Positions 41,799 through 51,635 of a stretch of DNA of 64,000 nucleotides are shown piece by piece. The DNA lies in NCBI GenBank assembly GCA_028286605.1, contig JAQBRE010000003.1:17275-81274 (forward strand). Reading direction: 5' to 3'. A program made the translations under genes and the position numbers. This stretch comes from Parcubacteria group bacterium (GTDB taxonomy: Bacteria > Patescibacteriota > Minisyncoccia > Phycocordibacterales > Phycocordibacteraceae). The first letter of the stretch is position 1. Each line of letters starts with the position of its first letter. The notes beneath the pieces were generated by a model. The model was not told where the DNA came from. It ran no database searches and saw only the letters and a program-made list of their open reading frames with translations.

Positions 41799-41912
41799 AG
41801 GTATCTGTACTACTCATGCTAGCGAAGCGGTCCCTAAAACAATCCTGTTTCAGGCTGTGTAGAACTCCACCCACTCCATAAATTTCCTATTTCTGCTACA
41901 CTTTCTCTACAT

Positions 41913-42464
41913 ATGGCATACGACTTTTCAAAACTGACGGCGAACGTGAAAGAGACTGAAGAATGGCTCCAGCGCGAGTTTTCTAACATCCGCACGGGCC
42001 GCGCAACCCCCACGCTTCTGGATTCCGTTAAGCCTGAAATATACGGCGCACGAACGCCAATTCAGCAGGTGGCGAGCGTTACTATCGAGGACGCGCGTAC
42101 ACTTCGTATCGTGCCGTGGGATAAATCGATCGCAAAGGATATCGAGCGCGCGATAAACGATGCAGATTTCGGTGTTTCCGTTGCGGTAGATGATCAAGGT
42201 CTTCGCGTTATTTTCCCGATGCTTACTGCAGAACGACGCACGCAGCTTCAGAAAATGGCAGGAGAAAAAGCCGAGCAGGCCAAGGTGACGCTTCGCGGGC
42301 ATCGCACCGATGCGCTGAAGGATGTCGAGGCCACAGAAAAAGAAGGCGGCATGGGACTTGATGATTTGAAGCGCCTCAAGGATGACGTTCAGAAACATAT
42401 CGATAAAGGCACCGAAGCGATCGAAACGATGATGAAAAAGAAACAGGAGGAAATTACGCTTTAG
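41913..42464 (+). CDS. frr: ribosome recycling factor
   Basis: 183 aa; RTGRATPTLLDSVKPEIYG...QLQKMAGEKAEQAKVTLRGHRTDA. Confidence 0.9.
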   Translation: MAYDFSKLTANVKETEEWLQREFSNIRTGRATPTLLDSVKPEIYGARTPIQQVASVTIEDARTLRIVPWDKSIAKDIERAINDADFGVSVAVDDQGLRVIFPMLTAERRTQLQKMAGEKAEQAKVTLRGHRTDALKDVEATEKEGGMGLDDLKRLKDDVQKHIDKGTEAIETMMKKKQEEITL

Positions 42465-42554
42465 TTGCTCTCAAATAAGACAAGGTTTATAATAGGCATA
42501 CGTTCGTGAGCGAAAGCTTATTCTGGATACGGCTAGTCCGACTTCCGAGCGAAC

Positions 42555-42593
42555 AAGGAAAATCCTTACTTTTGTAGGGATTTTTCCTTTTTC
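42555..42593. terminator. bidirectional hairpin aaggaaaatcc...gggatttttcctt + tttc
   Basis: Imperfect 11-bp stem between convergent frr and AT-rich orphan gene. Confidence 0.5.
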
Positions 42594-42958
42594 ATAACAC
42601 TCAAAAAATGAATTTTTCCATTTCCAACTCTTCTAACCACAACCCGAATCGGATGTTGTTGATTATGAACAGTGGCAACAAATGACCAATACTCAGTATT
42701 CCAAATTTTCCTATATCTATACCCTTCGATAACTTTTGCAGAACGTAGAATTTCAGGCACAAATTCCAATAAGCGCACTCGATTCAAAACCACATCTGGA
42801 TTCCTTGCTCTATTGTCAGCGCTGAAACGTAGATGATTGAATCCTTTCATATTGAAATAAACGTAAGATTTTAATGGGCCACAGTACACAGGTTTCCAAC
42901 TCTTATATTCTTTACGACACAGATCTATTAGATCTTTAAGTTTCTTATTCATCCGCAC
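42566..42958 (-). CDS. hypothetical basic protein in AT-rich insertion
   Basis: 130 aa, pI high; region 42470-43040 is markedly AT-rich relative to flanking frr and rseP; no confident family (C-terminus HPIRVVVRRVGNGKIHFLSV faintly toxin-like). Confidence 0.45.
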   Translation of the reverse strand: MRMNKKLKDLIDLCRKEYKSWKPVYCGPLKSYVYFNMKGFNHLRFSADNRARNPDVVLNRVRLLEFVPEILRSAKVIEGYRYRKIWNTEYWSFVATVHNQQHPIRVVVRRVGNGKIHFLSVMKKEKSLQK

Positions 42959-43040
42959 AGTATTGCTTTTTGGTGTTCAAGATTCGCTAAGAGAAAGTTA
43001 AAATTTATCTGAAATTTGCTGCTGTAGTACACTAGAGCGA

Positions 43041-44132
43041 ATGACTGTCATCCTTTTCATACTCGTATTGGTGGCGCTTATCGTTGTTCATGAATTCGGG
43101 CATTTTGTCGTCGCAAAACTTTCGGGCATGCGTGTGGACGAATTCGGTATCGGCTACCCGCCGCGCATCGCGGCGTTCAAAGTAGGTGCTACGGAATATA
43201 GCCTGAACTGGCTGCCATTCGGCGGTTTCGTTCGTATATATGGTGAGGATGAAACAGATGCAGCAGGGAAGGACGCATTCAGCTCCCGCCCGAAAATTCT
43301 GCAGGCGCTCACCTTGGTCGCAGGTATCTTTATGAATCTTTTGTTCGCGTACGTGCTCGTGGTGCTGGCTCTCGGTTTCGGTACGCAGCGCGCGCTTTCA
43401 GATCAGGAAGCATTGAGCGCACCTGATGCAGTGATTGCGGTTGCAGACGTATTGCCAGGAAGTCCTGCCGCAACGGCAGGACTCATGCCCGGTGATTTCA
43501 TTCGTTCTGTAGACGCGCCGAATTCTTCGTTCACGAGTGCAGTCACGAATGATTTCACGACGTTCATCGGCCAGGACACGAATTTCGCACCGCTCACATT
43601 CCATATCGAGCGAAATTACAAACCGATGACCCTCACAGTAACGCCGAAGAGTGACATTATTCCTTCGCAGCCGTGGCGCATCGGTATAGGTATCGCTATT
43701 TCAGATGTCGGTACTGCGCGCGTATCGTGGGGCACGGCGATAACTGACGGCGCATCGCTCACCTGGGAGCTCGTGAAGGAAACTGCTATAGGGCTCGCGA
43801 AGTTCTTTGCCAGCCTTGCGACGTTCACCGCGAATCTTTCTGATGTTTCAGGTCCTATCGGTATCGCGGGAGCAGTGGGGAATGCGTACAGTCAGGGCAT
43901 TACCTCGCTCCTTACGATTACCGCGCTCATCTCTATAAATCTTGCGCTTATCAACATCATTCCGATTCCTGCACTCGATGGCGGACGTCTCCTGTTCGTT
44001 ATTATCGAGGCCGTTATTCGTAAGCCTATCAAGCCAAGAATCGCGCAGACCGTAAACATGGTCGGCTTTGCGCTGCTCATATTGCTTATGGTCTTGGTGA
44101 GTGCTCACGACATTTTCAAGCTGTTCACCTAG
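43041..44132 (+). CDS. rseP: RIP metalloprotease RseP (site-2 protease, M50 family)
   Basis: HEFGHFVVAK HExxH in TM1, PDZ domain, C-terminal LDGG motif (ALDGGRLLF). Confidence 0.85.
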   Translation: MTVILFILVLVALIVVHEFGHFVVAKLSGMRVDEFGIGYPPRIAAFKVGATEYSLNWLPFGGFVRIYGEDETDAAGKDAFSSRPKILQALTLVAGIFMNLLFAYVLVVLALGFGTQRALSDQEALSAPDAVIAVADVLPGSPAATAGLMPGDFIRSVDAPNSSFTSAVTNDFTTFIGQDTNFAPLTFHIERNYKPMTLTVTPKSDIIPSQPWRIGIGIAISDVGTARVSWGTAITDGASLTWELVKETAIGLAKFFASLATFTANLSDVSGPIGIAGAVGNAYSQGITSLLTITALISINLALINIIPIPALDGGRLLFVIIEAVIRKPIKPRIAQTVNMVGFALLILLMVLVSAHDIFKLFT

Positions 44133-44186
44133 GGTCCGAAAGGAAGGTTTTGCCTCCTTGGCTTCGGGACGTATACTGTCTGGGAT

Positions 44187-45467
44187 ATGAGGCAAACACA
44201 GCTTTTCACGAAGACGCGGCGCGAAGCGCCGGCAGATGAGGTGTCTAAGAATGCACAGCTTTTGATTCGTGCGGGATTCATCCATAAGGAAATGGCAGGC
44301 GCGTACGATCTGCTCCCGCTTGGCTTACGCGTTATAGAAAAGATTCGCGGCATCATTCGCGAAGAGATGAATGCTATCGGCGGACAGGAACTGCACATGA
44401 CGACGCTGCAGGGTCCTGAATTATGGGAGAAGACCGGACGGTTCGACGACGCAGTCGTCGACAACTGGTTCAAGACGAAGCTTACGAACGGTACGGAGCT
44501 CGGTATCGCAAACACGCATGAAGAACCGATCACCGCGATGCTCACGCACCACATCAACTCGTATAAGGATCTTCCTGCGTACGTGTATCAATTCCAGACG
44601 AAGTTCCGTAACGAACTGCGTGCGAAATCCGGCATCATGCGCGCACGCGAATTCCTGATGAAAGATTTTTATTCTTTCAATCGAACCGAAGAAGATTTCA
44701 AGGCGTTCTATGAAAAAGCAGCGGAAGCATACACTCGCATCTTCATGCGTGCCGGTATCGGGAACGTAACGTATCGCACGGTTGCCGCAGGCGGCACGTT
44801 CACGACTGGATTCACGGATGAATTTCAGACCATTTCAGACGCAGGCGAAGACATTATTTACGTAGACAAGGAGAAGGGTATTGCCGTCAACAAGGAGGTA
44901 TACAATGACGACACGCTCGCGCAATACGGCCTAGATAAAGCCTCAATGGTGGAAGAGAAGTCAATCGAGGTTGGAAACATCTTCCCGCTCGGTACGAAAT
45001 ATCCGGACGCTATGGGCCTCACGATTAAGGATGAGAATGGAGAACAGCAGCAGGTACACATGGGCAGCTATGGTATCGGCCTTGGCCGCTTGATGGGCAC
45101 CGTGGTTGAAGTGCTTTCAGACGAGAAAGGAATCGTGTGGCCTGCATCGATTGCGCCATTCGGCGTTCATCTGGTTTCAATGACTTCGAACGACGAAGTG
45201 GTCGTTGCATACGCAGATGCACTCTATGAGGAACTCACCGCAAGCGGCGTGGAAGTTCTGTATGACGATCGCGACGCGCGCGCAGGCGAAAAACTCGCAG
45301 ACGCAGATCTTATCGGTATCCCGACACGCATCCTTATCGGCAAGGACACGATATCAAGCGGCGCTGTTGAAGTGGTCGATCGCGCTACAGCCGTAGTGAA
45401 AAAAGTTACTCGTGACGAATTGCTTTCGCACATGGGCTCCGTCGCTAGTGCAGAAATCGCAGGATAG
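44187..45467 (+). CDS. proS: proline--tRNA ligase (short form without insertion/editing domain)
   Basis: Class II motifs; LIRAGFIHKEMAGAYDLLPLGLRV, FRNELRAKSGIMRAREFLMKDFYSF. Confidence 0.85.
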   Translation: MRQTQLFTKTRREAPADEVSKNAQLLIRAGFIHKEMAGAYDLLPLGLRVIEKIRGIIREEMNAIGGQELHMTTLQGPELWEKTGRFDDAVVDNWFKTKLTNGTELGIANTHEEPITAMLTHHINSYKDLPAYVYQFQTKFRNELRAKSGIMRAREFLMKDFYSFNRTEEDFKAFYEKAAEAYTRIFMRAGIGNVTYRTVAAGGTFTTGFTDEFQTISDAGEDIIYVDKEKGIAVNKEVYNDDTLAQYGLDKASMVEEKSIEVGNIFPLGTKYPDAMGLTIKDENGEQQQVHMGSYGIGLGRLMGTVVEVLSDEKGIVWPASIAPFGVHLVSMTSNDEVVVAYADALYEELTASGVEVLYDDRDARAGEKLADADLIGIPTRILIGKDTISSGAVEVVDRATAVVKKVTRDELLSHMGSVASAEIAG

Positions 45468-45469
45468 GT

Positions 45470-46525
45470 ATGGCAAATCGCTTCTCAAGGAATTCGCTCT
45501 TCTCCAGCGATATCGGCATAGACCTCGGTACCGGAAACACGCTCGTGTACGTACGCGGGCGAGGCATCGTTATCAATGAACCATCAGTGGTAACGGTAAA
45601 TGAGAAGACCGGGCAGGTCGTTGCGGTGGGTATCAGTGCGAAAGCGATGCTCGGCAAGACACCGCCGCATATACGCGCTATCCGCCCGCTCGAGCATGGC
45701 GTGATTTCGGATTTCGAAGTAACGCAGGAACTGCTTTCGTACCTTATTCATAAGGCGCAGAGCGGCCGTACGCGCCTGTTCGGTCCGCGCGTGGTGATTG
45801 GCGTACCGACCGGCGTGACTAACGTAGAGAGCCGCGCGGTTCGCGATGCCGCGCTCACGGCCGGGGCGCGCGAAGTATATATATTGGAAGAGCCGATGGC
45901 TGGCGCCATCGGCGCGAAGCTGCCCGTAAATGAAGCGCTCGGTACGATGGTGCTCGACATCGGCGCCGGTACCACCGACATCGCAGTAATTGCGCTTGGC
46001 GGAACGGTAGCAGGGAAGAGCTCGCAGGTTGCGGGCGATCGCCTGAACGACAACATCATCGATTTCGTACGCAGTGAATTCTCGCTCGCCATAGGCGAGC
46101 GTACCGCAGAGGACGCGAAGATCGCCGTCGGTGCCGTGCTGCCGCTCGACGAAGTGCTGGAGCGTCCGATACGCGGCCGTGACCTCGCTACCGGTCTTCC
46201 GCGCGAAGTGATACTTACGGATTCGCACGTACGCGAGGCGCTCGCGCCTTCCATGGACAGTCTTATGGAAGCGATGAAGGATGTGATCGAACGCACGCCG
46301 CCGGAACTTCTTTCCGATGTGCTTGAGCGCGGCGTAACGGTATTCGGCGGCGGCGCGCTGCTGCGCGGCCTGCCGGAGCTTCTCGCGAAGATGCTCGGCG
46401 TGCCGGTCATGGTCGCTGACGATCCACTTACGGCGGTGGTGCGTGGTACGGGTATCGTTACAGAAAGTCCGCGAGACTGGGCTGAAGCTTTCATGCATGA
46501 AGACGCCATCCTTACGCAAATATAG
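45470..46525 (+). CDS. mreB: rod shape-determining protein MreB
   Basis: IGIDLGTGNTLVY..., actin-fold phosphate/adenosine motifs. Confidence 0.9.
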   Translation: MANRFSRNSLFSSDIGIDLGTGNTLVYVRGRGIVINEPSVVTVNEKTGQVVAVGISAKAMLGKTPPHIRAIRPLEHGVISDFEVTQELLSYLIHKAQSGRTRLFGPRVVIGVPTGVTNVESRAVRDAALTAGAREVYILEEPMAGAIGAKLPVNEALGTMVLDIGAGTTDIAVIALGGTVAGKSSQVAGDRLNDNIIDFVRSEFSLAIGERTAEDAKIAVGAVLPLDEVLERPIRGRDLATGLPREVILTDSHVREALAPSMDSLMEAMKDVIERTPPELLSDVLERGVTVFGGGALLRGLPELLAKMLGVPVMVADDPLTAVVRGTGIVTESPRDWAEAFMHEDAILTQI

Positions 46526-47303
46526 TTCTCGTTCGAGTCGCAACAATCTGCTTTCGCCAGGCATGTTCGCCGTAGGCGTACTCGTGCTTTTAATAGGTAT
46601 TCTCGCGATCGTACGATTCGCCGCTCCGAATGCGTTCATCACCATCGCATCGCCATTCTGGAAAGCAGGGACATCAGTTTCTGCAGCAGTTGCTACCGGT
46701 GCAGGAGGATTTACGAGCACAGCGAACTTAGTTAGTCAGCGTGATCAGCTTGCTACACAGGTTGATCAGCTGACGGCACAGAATCGTACGCTTACGGCGC
46801 GTGCGCAGGACCTACAGAACCTGCTGGGCAACCGTACGCAATCTTCAGGAGGAATATTGGCGGCCGTGTTGGCGCGCCCTCCGGTCGCGCCTTATGACGT
46901 CCTCATCGTTGATCAGGGCGCATCAACCCACGTTGTTCTTGGTGCAACGGCATACGGCCCCGGCGGCACGCCCATCGGCACGGTTGCAACGGTAGAGAAC
47001 ACATCATCACGCATCACGCTCTATTCGAATCCTGGCCTTCAGACTGATGCATGGGCCGGCGATACTCGCATTCCTATAACGCTCACCGGCGCCGGCTCGG
47101 GCGGCTTCACCGCAACGCTACCGAAAGCAGCAGGCGTAACCGAAGGGCAGGGAATATACGTTGCCGCAGCCGGCGCGGTACCGGTCGGCGTCGTCTCGCA
47201 TGTAAATGCCGACCCTTCTTCACCGAACGTCGTGCTCCAGATTCATCCCTACCTCAACCCATTTTCCCTTACATGGGTGACGATAAGCGCTGACGGCTCA
47301 TGA
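46497..47303 (+). CDS. mreC: rod shape-determining protein MreC
   Basis: Basic N-terminus, TM helix, coiled coil (QRDQLATQVDQLTAQNRTLTARAQDLQ), beta-rich C-terminus; follows mreB. Confidence 0.65.
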   Translation: MKTPSLRKYSSRSSRNNLLSPGMFAVGVLVLLIGILAIVRFAAPNAFITIASPFWKAGTSVSAAVATGAGGFTSTANLVSQRDQLATQVDQLTAQNRTLTARAQDLQNLLGNRTQSSGGILAAVLARPPVAPYDVLIVDQGASTHVVLGATAYGPGGTPIGTVATVENTSSRITLYSNPGLQTDAWAGDTRIPITLTGAGSGGFTATLPKAAGVTEGQGIYVAAAGAVPVGVVSHVNADPSSPNVVLQIHPYLNPFSLTWVTISADGS

Positions 47304-47560
47304 TTCGCATTAGCTTACCGCTACGCATAGGCATCATTATTCTGGCCTGTGCGTCGCCATTCATTTTTCCCAGTATCCTCACTGGAATTCTTGCCTTTGC
47401 AGCCGCGCTTATCTTTCCACCACTCGCAATAGTACTTGGAATGCTCACCGATCTCCTCTATGAACCGACTGGATACTGGCCATTCGCGAGCATGCTCGGC
47501 GTGATTCTGTGCGTCATAGCGCTCTTCGTGCGCTCATTCGTGAAGGAGCGTATTATGTAA
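47300..47560 (+). CDS. mreD: small membrane protein, possible MreD-like
   Basis: 86 aa, 3 TM helices; position between mreC and PBP2 gene; 4-bp overlap with mreC. Confidence 0.4.
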   Translation: MIRISLPLRIGIIILACASPFIFPSILTGILAFAAALIFPPLAIVLGMLTDLLYEPTGYWPFASMLGVILCVIALFVRSFVKERIM

Positions 47561-47562
47561 GA

Positions 47563-49227
47563 ATGTTCGGCAAACGCAGATATCAAGATCCAGAACTCAA
47601 TCCGGATGAGATATTTCTCGACGCATCTAACCTGCCTGAATTCAATCAGAACAGTCTTGAGGGGAGGCTTGAAAAGCCCGTTGCACGTACCACCTACCTC
47701 GGTTTAGGTATTTTCGTATTCTTTATCTTCAGTGCGCTCGTGGCGCAGGCGGCGAATCTCGAACTCGTGAAGGGAAGTACCTATGCCACGCAAAGCGAGA
47801 AGAATCGCCTACGCCCCGATGTGCTGTTCGCACAACGTGGTGCGATTCTCGATCGTAACGGCGTACCGCTCGTATCGAACATACAGGCGAATGATGGTAG
47901 CACGAAGCGCACCTACGCGACGCCTGGCTTCGGCCATCTTCTTGGCTACGTTTCATATCCGAAGAAGGACTCAACCGGTAACTATTATGATACGGATATT
48001 ACCGGTCTTGCCGGTGTCGAATCCGCATTCAACAGCACGCTCGCCGGAAAGAACGGCACGCTTCTGGTGGAAGAAGATGCGCTTGGCCACGTGCAGAGCC
48101 AAGGGACGGTGCAGCCAACCGTGAACGGAACGCCGCTCACGCTCTCTGTTGATTCGCGCGCGCAGACCGCGTTCTATAACGCGATCAAGACGACCGCAGA
48201 CAAGATTCCGTTCCAGGGCGGGGCAGGCATCCTTATGAATATTGATACGGGTGAAATCGTCGCGATGACATCGTATCCGGAATATGATCCGAACGTTCTT
48301 TCAAGCGGAGGGCCAAGCGACGTGATTGCCGGATACAGCACGGACCCGCGTCAGCCATACCTTGATCGCCCGGTGAATGGTCTCTATACGCCAGGCTCTG
48401 TTGTGAAGCCGCTTGAGGCTTCCGGTGCGCTCACAGACGGCGTCATAACACCGGAGACGGTCATCACTTCAACTGGCTCCATTTCAGTACCGAACCCGTA
48501 TGACGCTGCGCATCCGAACGTGTTCAAAGACTGGAAGGTGCTTGGTCCGCTTACCGTGCGCACGGGTATCGCGTATTCTTCTGACGTTTTCTTCTACACG
48601 GTGGGCGGAGGCTTCGGCCCTATAAAAGGTCTCGGTATCGATCGTTTGGATTACTGGTTCCAGCAATTCGGTCTCACCACCCCGACTGGTATCCAACTTG
48701 CAGGTGAGAAGACTGGTTTCTTGCCGACACCCGCGTGGAAGCTCTCTACGACAGGTGGAAAATGGAATATCGGCGACACGTACCATACTGCTATCGGTCA
48801 GTATGCCGTTCAGATTACGCCACTTGAAGAAGCGCGTGCGATCGCCGCAGTCGCTAATGGCGGCAACCTGGTTCAACCGACGCTCCTTAAGAATCCGACG
48901 GTCGTAAGCACGAAAGTGCCGGTAAGTGCTGCAGATCTTGAAATCGTACGAGAGGGCATGCGACTCGGCGCAACTGAAGGAACGTCAGTCGGTCTCAACG
49001 ATCTTTCCTTCGTGAATGTGGCAGGCAAGACCGGTACGGCGCAGCTCGGTTTTCACAACGAGTATTACAACTCATGGGCGGTCGGCTTCTTCCCGTACGA
49101 GCATCCGAAGTATGTATACGTCGTCGTTATGGAGAAAGGCCCTGCAGGGAACGCGATCGGCGGTATCTATGTTATCCACCAATTCCTCACTGCGCTTCAC
49201 TCTGTCGCGCCCGAATATTTCCAATAG
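47563..49227 (+). CDS. mrdA: peptidoglycan D,D-transpeptidase PBP2
   Basis: SxxK (GSVVKP), SxN (YSSDV), KTG (KTGTAQ); follows mreBCD. Confidence 0.8.
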   Translation: MFGKRRYQDPELNPDEIFLDASNLPEFNQNSLEGRLEKPVARTTYLGLGIFVFFIFSALVAQAANLELVKGSTYATQSEKNRLRPDVLFAQRGAILDRNGVPLVSNIQANDGSTKRTYATPGFGHLLGYVSYPKKDSTGNYYDTDITGLAGVESAFNSTLAGKNGTLLVEEDALGHVQSQGTVQPTVNGTPLTLSVDSRAQTAFYNAIKTTADKIPFQGGAGILMNIDTGEIVAMTSYPEYDPNVLSSGGPSDVIAGYSTDPRQPYLDRPVNGLYTPGSVVKPLEASGALTDGVITPETVITSTGSISVPNPYDAAHPNVFKDWKVLGPLTVRTGIAYSSDVFFYTVGGGFGPIKGLGIDRLDYWFQQFGLTTPTGIQLAGEKTGFLPTPAWKLSTTGGKWNIGDTYHTAIGQYAVQITPLEEARAIAAVANGGNLVQPTLLKNPTVVSTKVPVSAADLEIVREGMRLGATEGTSVGLNDLSFVNVAGKTGTAQLGFHNEYYNSWAVGFFPYEHPKYVYVVVMEKGPAGNAIGGIYVIHQFLTALHSVAPEYFQ

Positions 49228-49382
49228 TCTATCTTCAGGAATATTTTAACTTTTGTTTAAGACTCCTTGAACACCTTTTTGCTACCGTACTTACAGCTGG
49301 CGGTCTGCTGACGGAGGTGGCCTGATATCCAATCTTCAGGGGCGCAATTCCCCTCGCCAGCACAATTGTTCTAACTTTCCTG

Positions 49383-49411
49383 TTGACGAAGATTTTACCA
49401 AAGAGTATTAT
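49383..49411 (+). promoter_or_regulatory. sigma70-like promoter candidate TTGACG-N17-TATTAT upstream of terminator 49454-49477
   Basis: Would yield an approx 60-nt transcript with no ORF. Confidence 0.25.
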
Positions 49412-49453
49412 TCAAAGGTCAGGTCTTCTCGTCATCAGACGGAGGTTGGAGAG

Positions 49454-49477
49454 AAAAACGGCCGAAAGGCCGTTTTT
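49454..49477. terminator. palindromic bidirectional terminator aaaaacggcc-gaaa-ggccgttttt (reverse-orientation copy of 13966-13989)
   Basis: Identical stem to 13966-13989; loop is the reverse complement. Confidence 0.75.
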
Positions 49478-49483
49478 CTTTTG

Positions 49484-49511
49484 TATTGACGCGCCAGAGG
49501 GGCCACGTACA
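49484..49511 (+). promoter_or_regulatory. sigma70-like promoter TTGACG-N16-TACAAT for greA
   Basis: -10 TACAAT 28 nt upstream of greA ATG. Confidence 0.4.
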
Positions 49512-49538
49512 ATACAGGTACTTCAACTTAATATTTAC

Positions 49539-50012
49539 ATGATGACTGAACAGGAAACGATGGTCAGCCAGGAGAAGTTCGATGAGATGGTAAAGGAGCT
49601 CGACAACCTTAAGACTGTCCGTCGCACGGAAATCGCGAAGAATCTTGAATACGCTCGCTCGCTCGGAGACCTCTCCGAGAACGCGGAGTATCAGGAGGCG
49701 CGTGATCTTCAGGCAGCGACAGAAGAACGCATCCGCAAGCTCGAAGAATTAGTTAAGCGCGCGAAGATCGTTACGGATGGAAAGAAGAAGGATGTCGTCG
49801 GCTTCGGCTCGATTATCGTCATCAAGAAAGATGGCGGTAATGATGTGCACGAATACACGATCGTCGGTTCAGAAGAAGCAGACATGCGTGCGCACAAGCT
49901 TTCGCACGTATCGCCGCTCGGCGCTGCGCTCATGGGCAAGAAGAAGGGAGATCAGTTCACCTTCGAGACGCCTAACGGCAAGCAGACGTATCACGTAGAG
50001 AAAGTCGCATAA
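49539..50012 (+). CDS. greA: transcription elongation factor GreA
   Basis: N-terminal coiled coil with DLSENAEYQEARD and C-terminal FKBP-like domain. Confidence 0.85.
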   Translation: MMTEQETMVSQEKFDEMVKELDNLKTVRRTEIAKNLEYARSLGDLSENAEYQEARDLQAATEERIRKLEELVKRAKIVTDGKKKDVVGFGSIIVIKKDGGNDVHEYTIVGSEEADMRAHKLSHVSPLGAALMGKKKGDQFTFETPNGKQTYHVEKVA

Positions 50013-50102
50013 CGAAGGTAAATAGACGCAAAAGGAAAGACCCCGCGAAGCGGGGTCTTTCCTAATCTCACAATTGGCCAGGTATGCTAGTCTGGAGGAT
50101 AT

Positions 50103-51575
50103 ATGGCAGACACAGAAACGATCCGGAAAGAAAGGCTGACGAAGATAGAAAAGCTGAAGGAAGCAGGCATGGAAGCCTATCCGACCAGCTCGAACCGTTC
50201 GCACACGATAGGGGATTTCATACATAAGCACCAGGCGCTTGAGCGCGAGCATGCGCTTATTACGATCGCAGGACGCATCATGAGTATTCGCGACCAAGGC
50301 GGTGTGATGTTCGCAGACCTCTTCGACGGCACTGAAAAGACACAGGTAGTACTGCAGCAGGATGCAGACATGAAACCAGAGCAGTTCGACCTGTTCAAAG
50401 AAGCGGTCGACACGGGAGACATCATCGAGGTCGCCGGCTTCGCCTTCACTACCAAGCGCGGCATGCGTTCGCTGCAGGCGTCCCGCTGGAATATGCTTGC
50501 GAAGTCTCTTCTTCCGGTGCCGGATGAATTCTATGGCATCAAGGATGAAGACGAACGCTTCCGAAAGCGATACCTCGACATTCTTCTTTCGAAAGAAACA
50601 GCAGACCGCATCCGTCGTCGTTCGGCATTCTGGAATACGGCGCGTACCTATCTTCTTAAGAAAGGATTCGTTGAAGTCGAGACGCCCGTGCTTGAAACCA
50701 CGACCGGCGGTGCCGACGCGCGCCCGTTCGTCACGCATCACAACGCGCTCGATATCGATGTGTATCTCCGTATCTCTGCAGGCGAACTATGGCAGAAGCG
50801 TTTGATGGTTGCCGGACTCCCGAAAGTATTCGAGATCGGCCGCATCTTCCGCAATGAAGGCATGTCTTTCGAACACGCGCAGGACTACACGCAGCTTGAA
50901 TTCTACGAGGCATTCGAAGATTACAATCATGGCATGCAGATGATTACGGATATGTATCGTACGATCGCGGACGAAGTGTATGGAACACGTGTATTCACGA
51001 TACGTGATATGGAAGTGGATCTGGGAGCTGCGTGGGAGACCTATGATTACTGCGCGCTTATCAAAGACGCCTACGGAATCGATCCTCTTGATACGGATGA
51101 AAAGGCGGTGGCGAACGCCATGAAGGATGCAGGTATAACTGTGCCTGCAGATGGCTTCAACAAGGAACGCGGTATCGACCTGCTGTGGAAGCAGATTCGC
51201 AAAACTCTCACCGGCCCTGGCTTCCTTATCGGCGTTCCTGCGTATATGGAGCCTCTTGCAAAACGAAGCAAGGAAGATGCGCGTGTGGTTGAACGATTTC
51301 AGCCTATTATCGCCGGTTCAGAAATCGGGAAGGGCTTTACCGAATTGAATGACCCGATTGATCAGGCAGGCCGCTTCGCGCATCAGCAGGAACTACGTGA
51401 AGCTGGGGACGACGAAGCGCAGATGAATGATACGGATTACGTAGAAGCGCTTGAATACGGCATGCCACCAGCCTTCGGCTTCGGCGTTTCCGAGCGCCTC
51501 TTCAGCGTGCTAGAAGGCGTCTCTATCCGCGAGGGACAAATATTCCCGCTCATGCGTCCGCGAAGTGATTCGTAA
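50103..51575 (+). CDS. lysS: lysine--tRNA ligase (class II)
   Basis: OB-fold N-domain; motif 2 FEIGRIFRNEG; motif 3 GGFGVSERL. Confidence 0.9.
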   Translation: MADTETIRKERLTKIEKLKEAGMEAYPTSSNRSHTIGDFIHKHQALEREHALITIAGRIMSIRDQGGVMFADLFDGTEKTQVVLQQDADMKPEQFDLFKEAVDTGDIIEVAGFAFTTKRGMRSLQASRWNMLAKSLLPVPDEFYGIKDEDERFRKRYLDILLSKETADRIRRRSAFWNTARTYLLKKGFVEVETPVLETTTGGADARPFVTHHNALDIDVYLRISAGELWQKRLMVAGLPKVFEIGRIFRNEGMSFEHAQDYTQLEFYEAFEDYNHGMQMITDMYRTIADEVYGTRVFTIRDMEVDLGAAWETYDYCALIKDAYGIDPLDTDEKAVANAMKDAGITVPADGFNKERGIDLLWKQIRKTLTGPGFLIGVPAYMEPLAKRSKEDARVVERFQPIIAGSEIGKGFTELNDPIDQAGRFAHQQELREAGDDEAQMNDTDYVEALEYGMPPAFGFGVSERLFSVLEGVSIREGQIFPLMRPRSDS

Positions 51576-51635
51576 GCAGAAATAAAGAAAAAGCGACCCC
51601 TTCTTAGGGGCCGCTTCGCTTTAGAACAAGATGCT

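Noticed and set aside
45584-46720. 378-aa and 253-aa minus-strand ORFs overlapping mreB
   Set aside because: Antisense to mreB, which has unambiguous conserved motifs. Arg/Ala-rich spurious translation.
49869-50741. 290-aa minus-strand ORF
   Set aside because: Antisense to greA/lysS, which are strongly supported.
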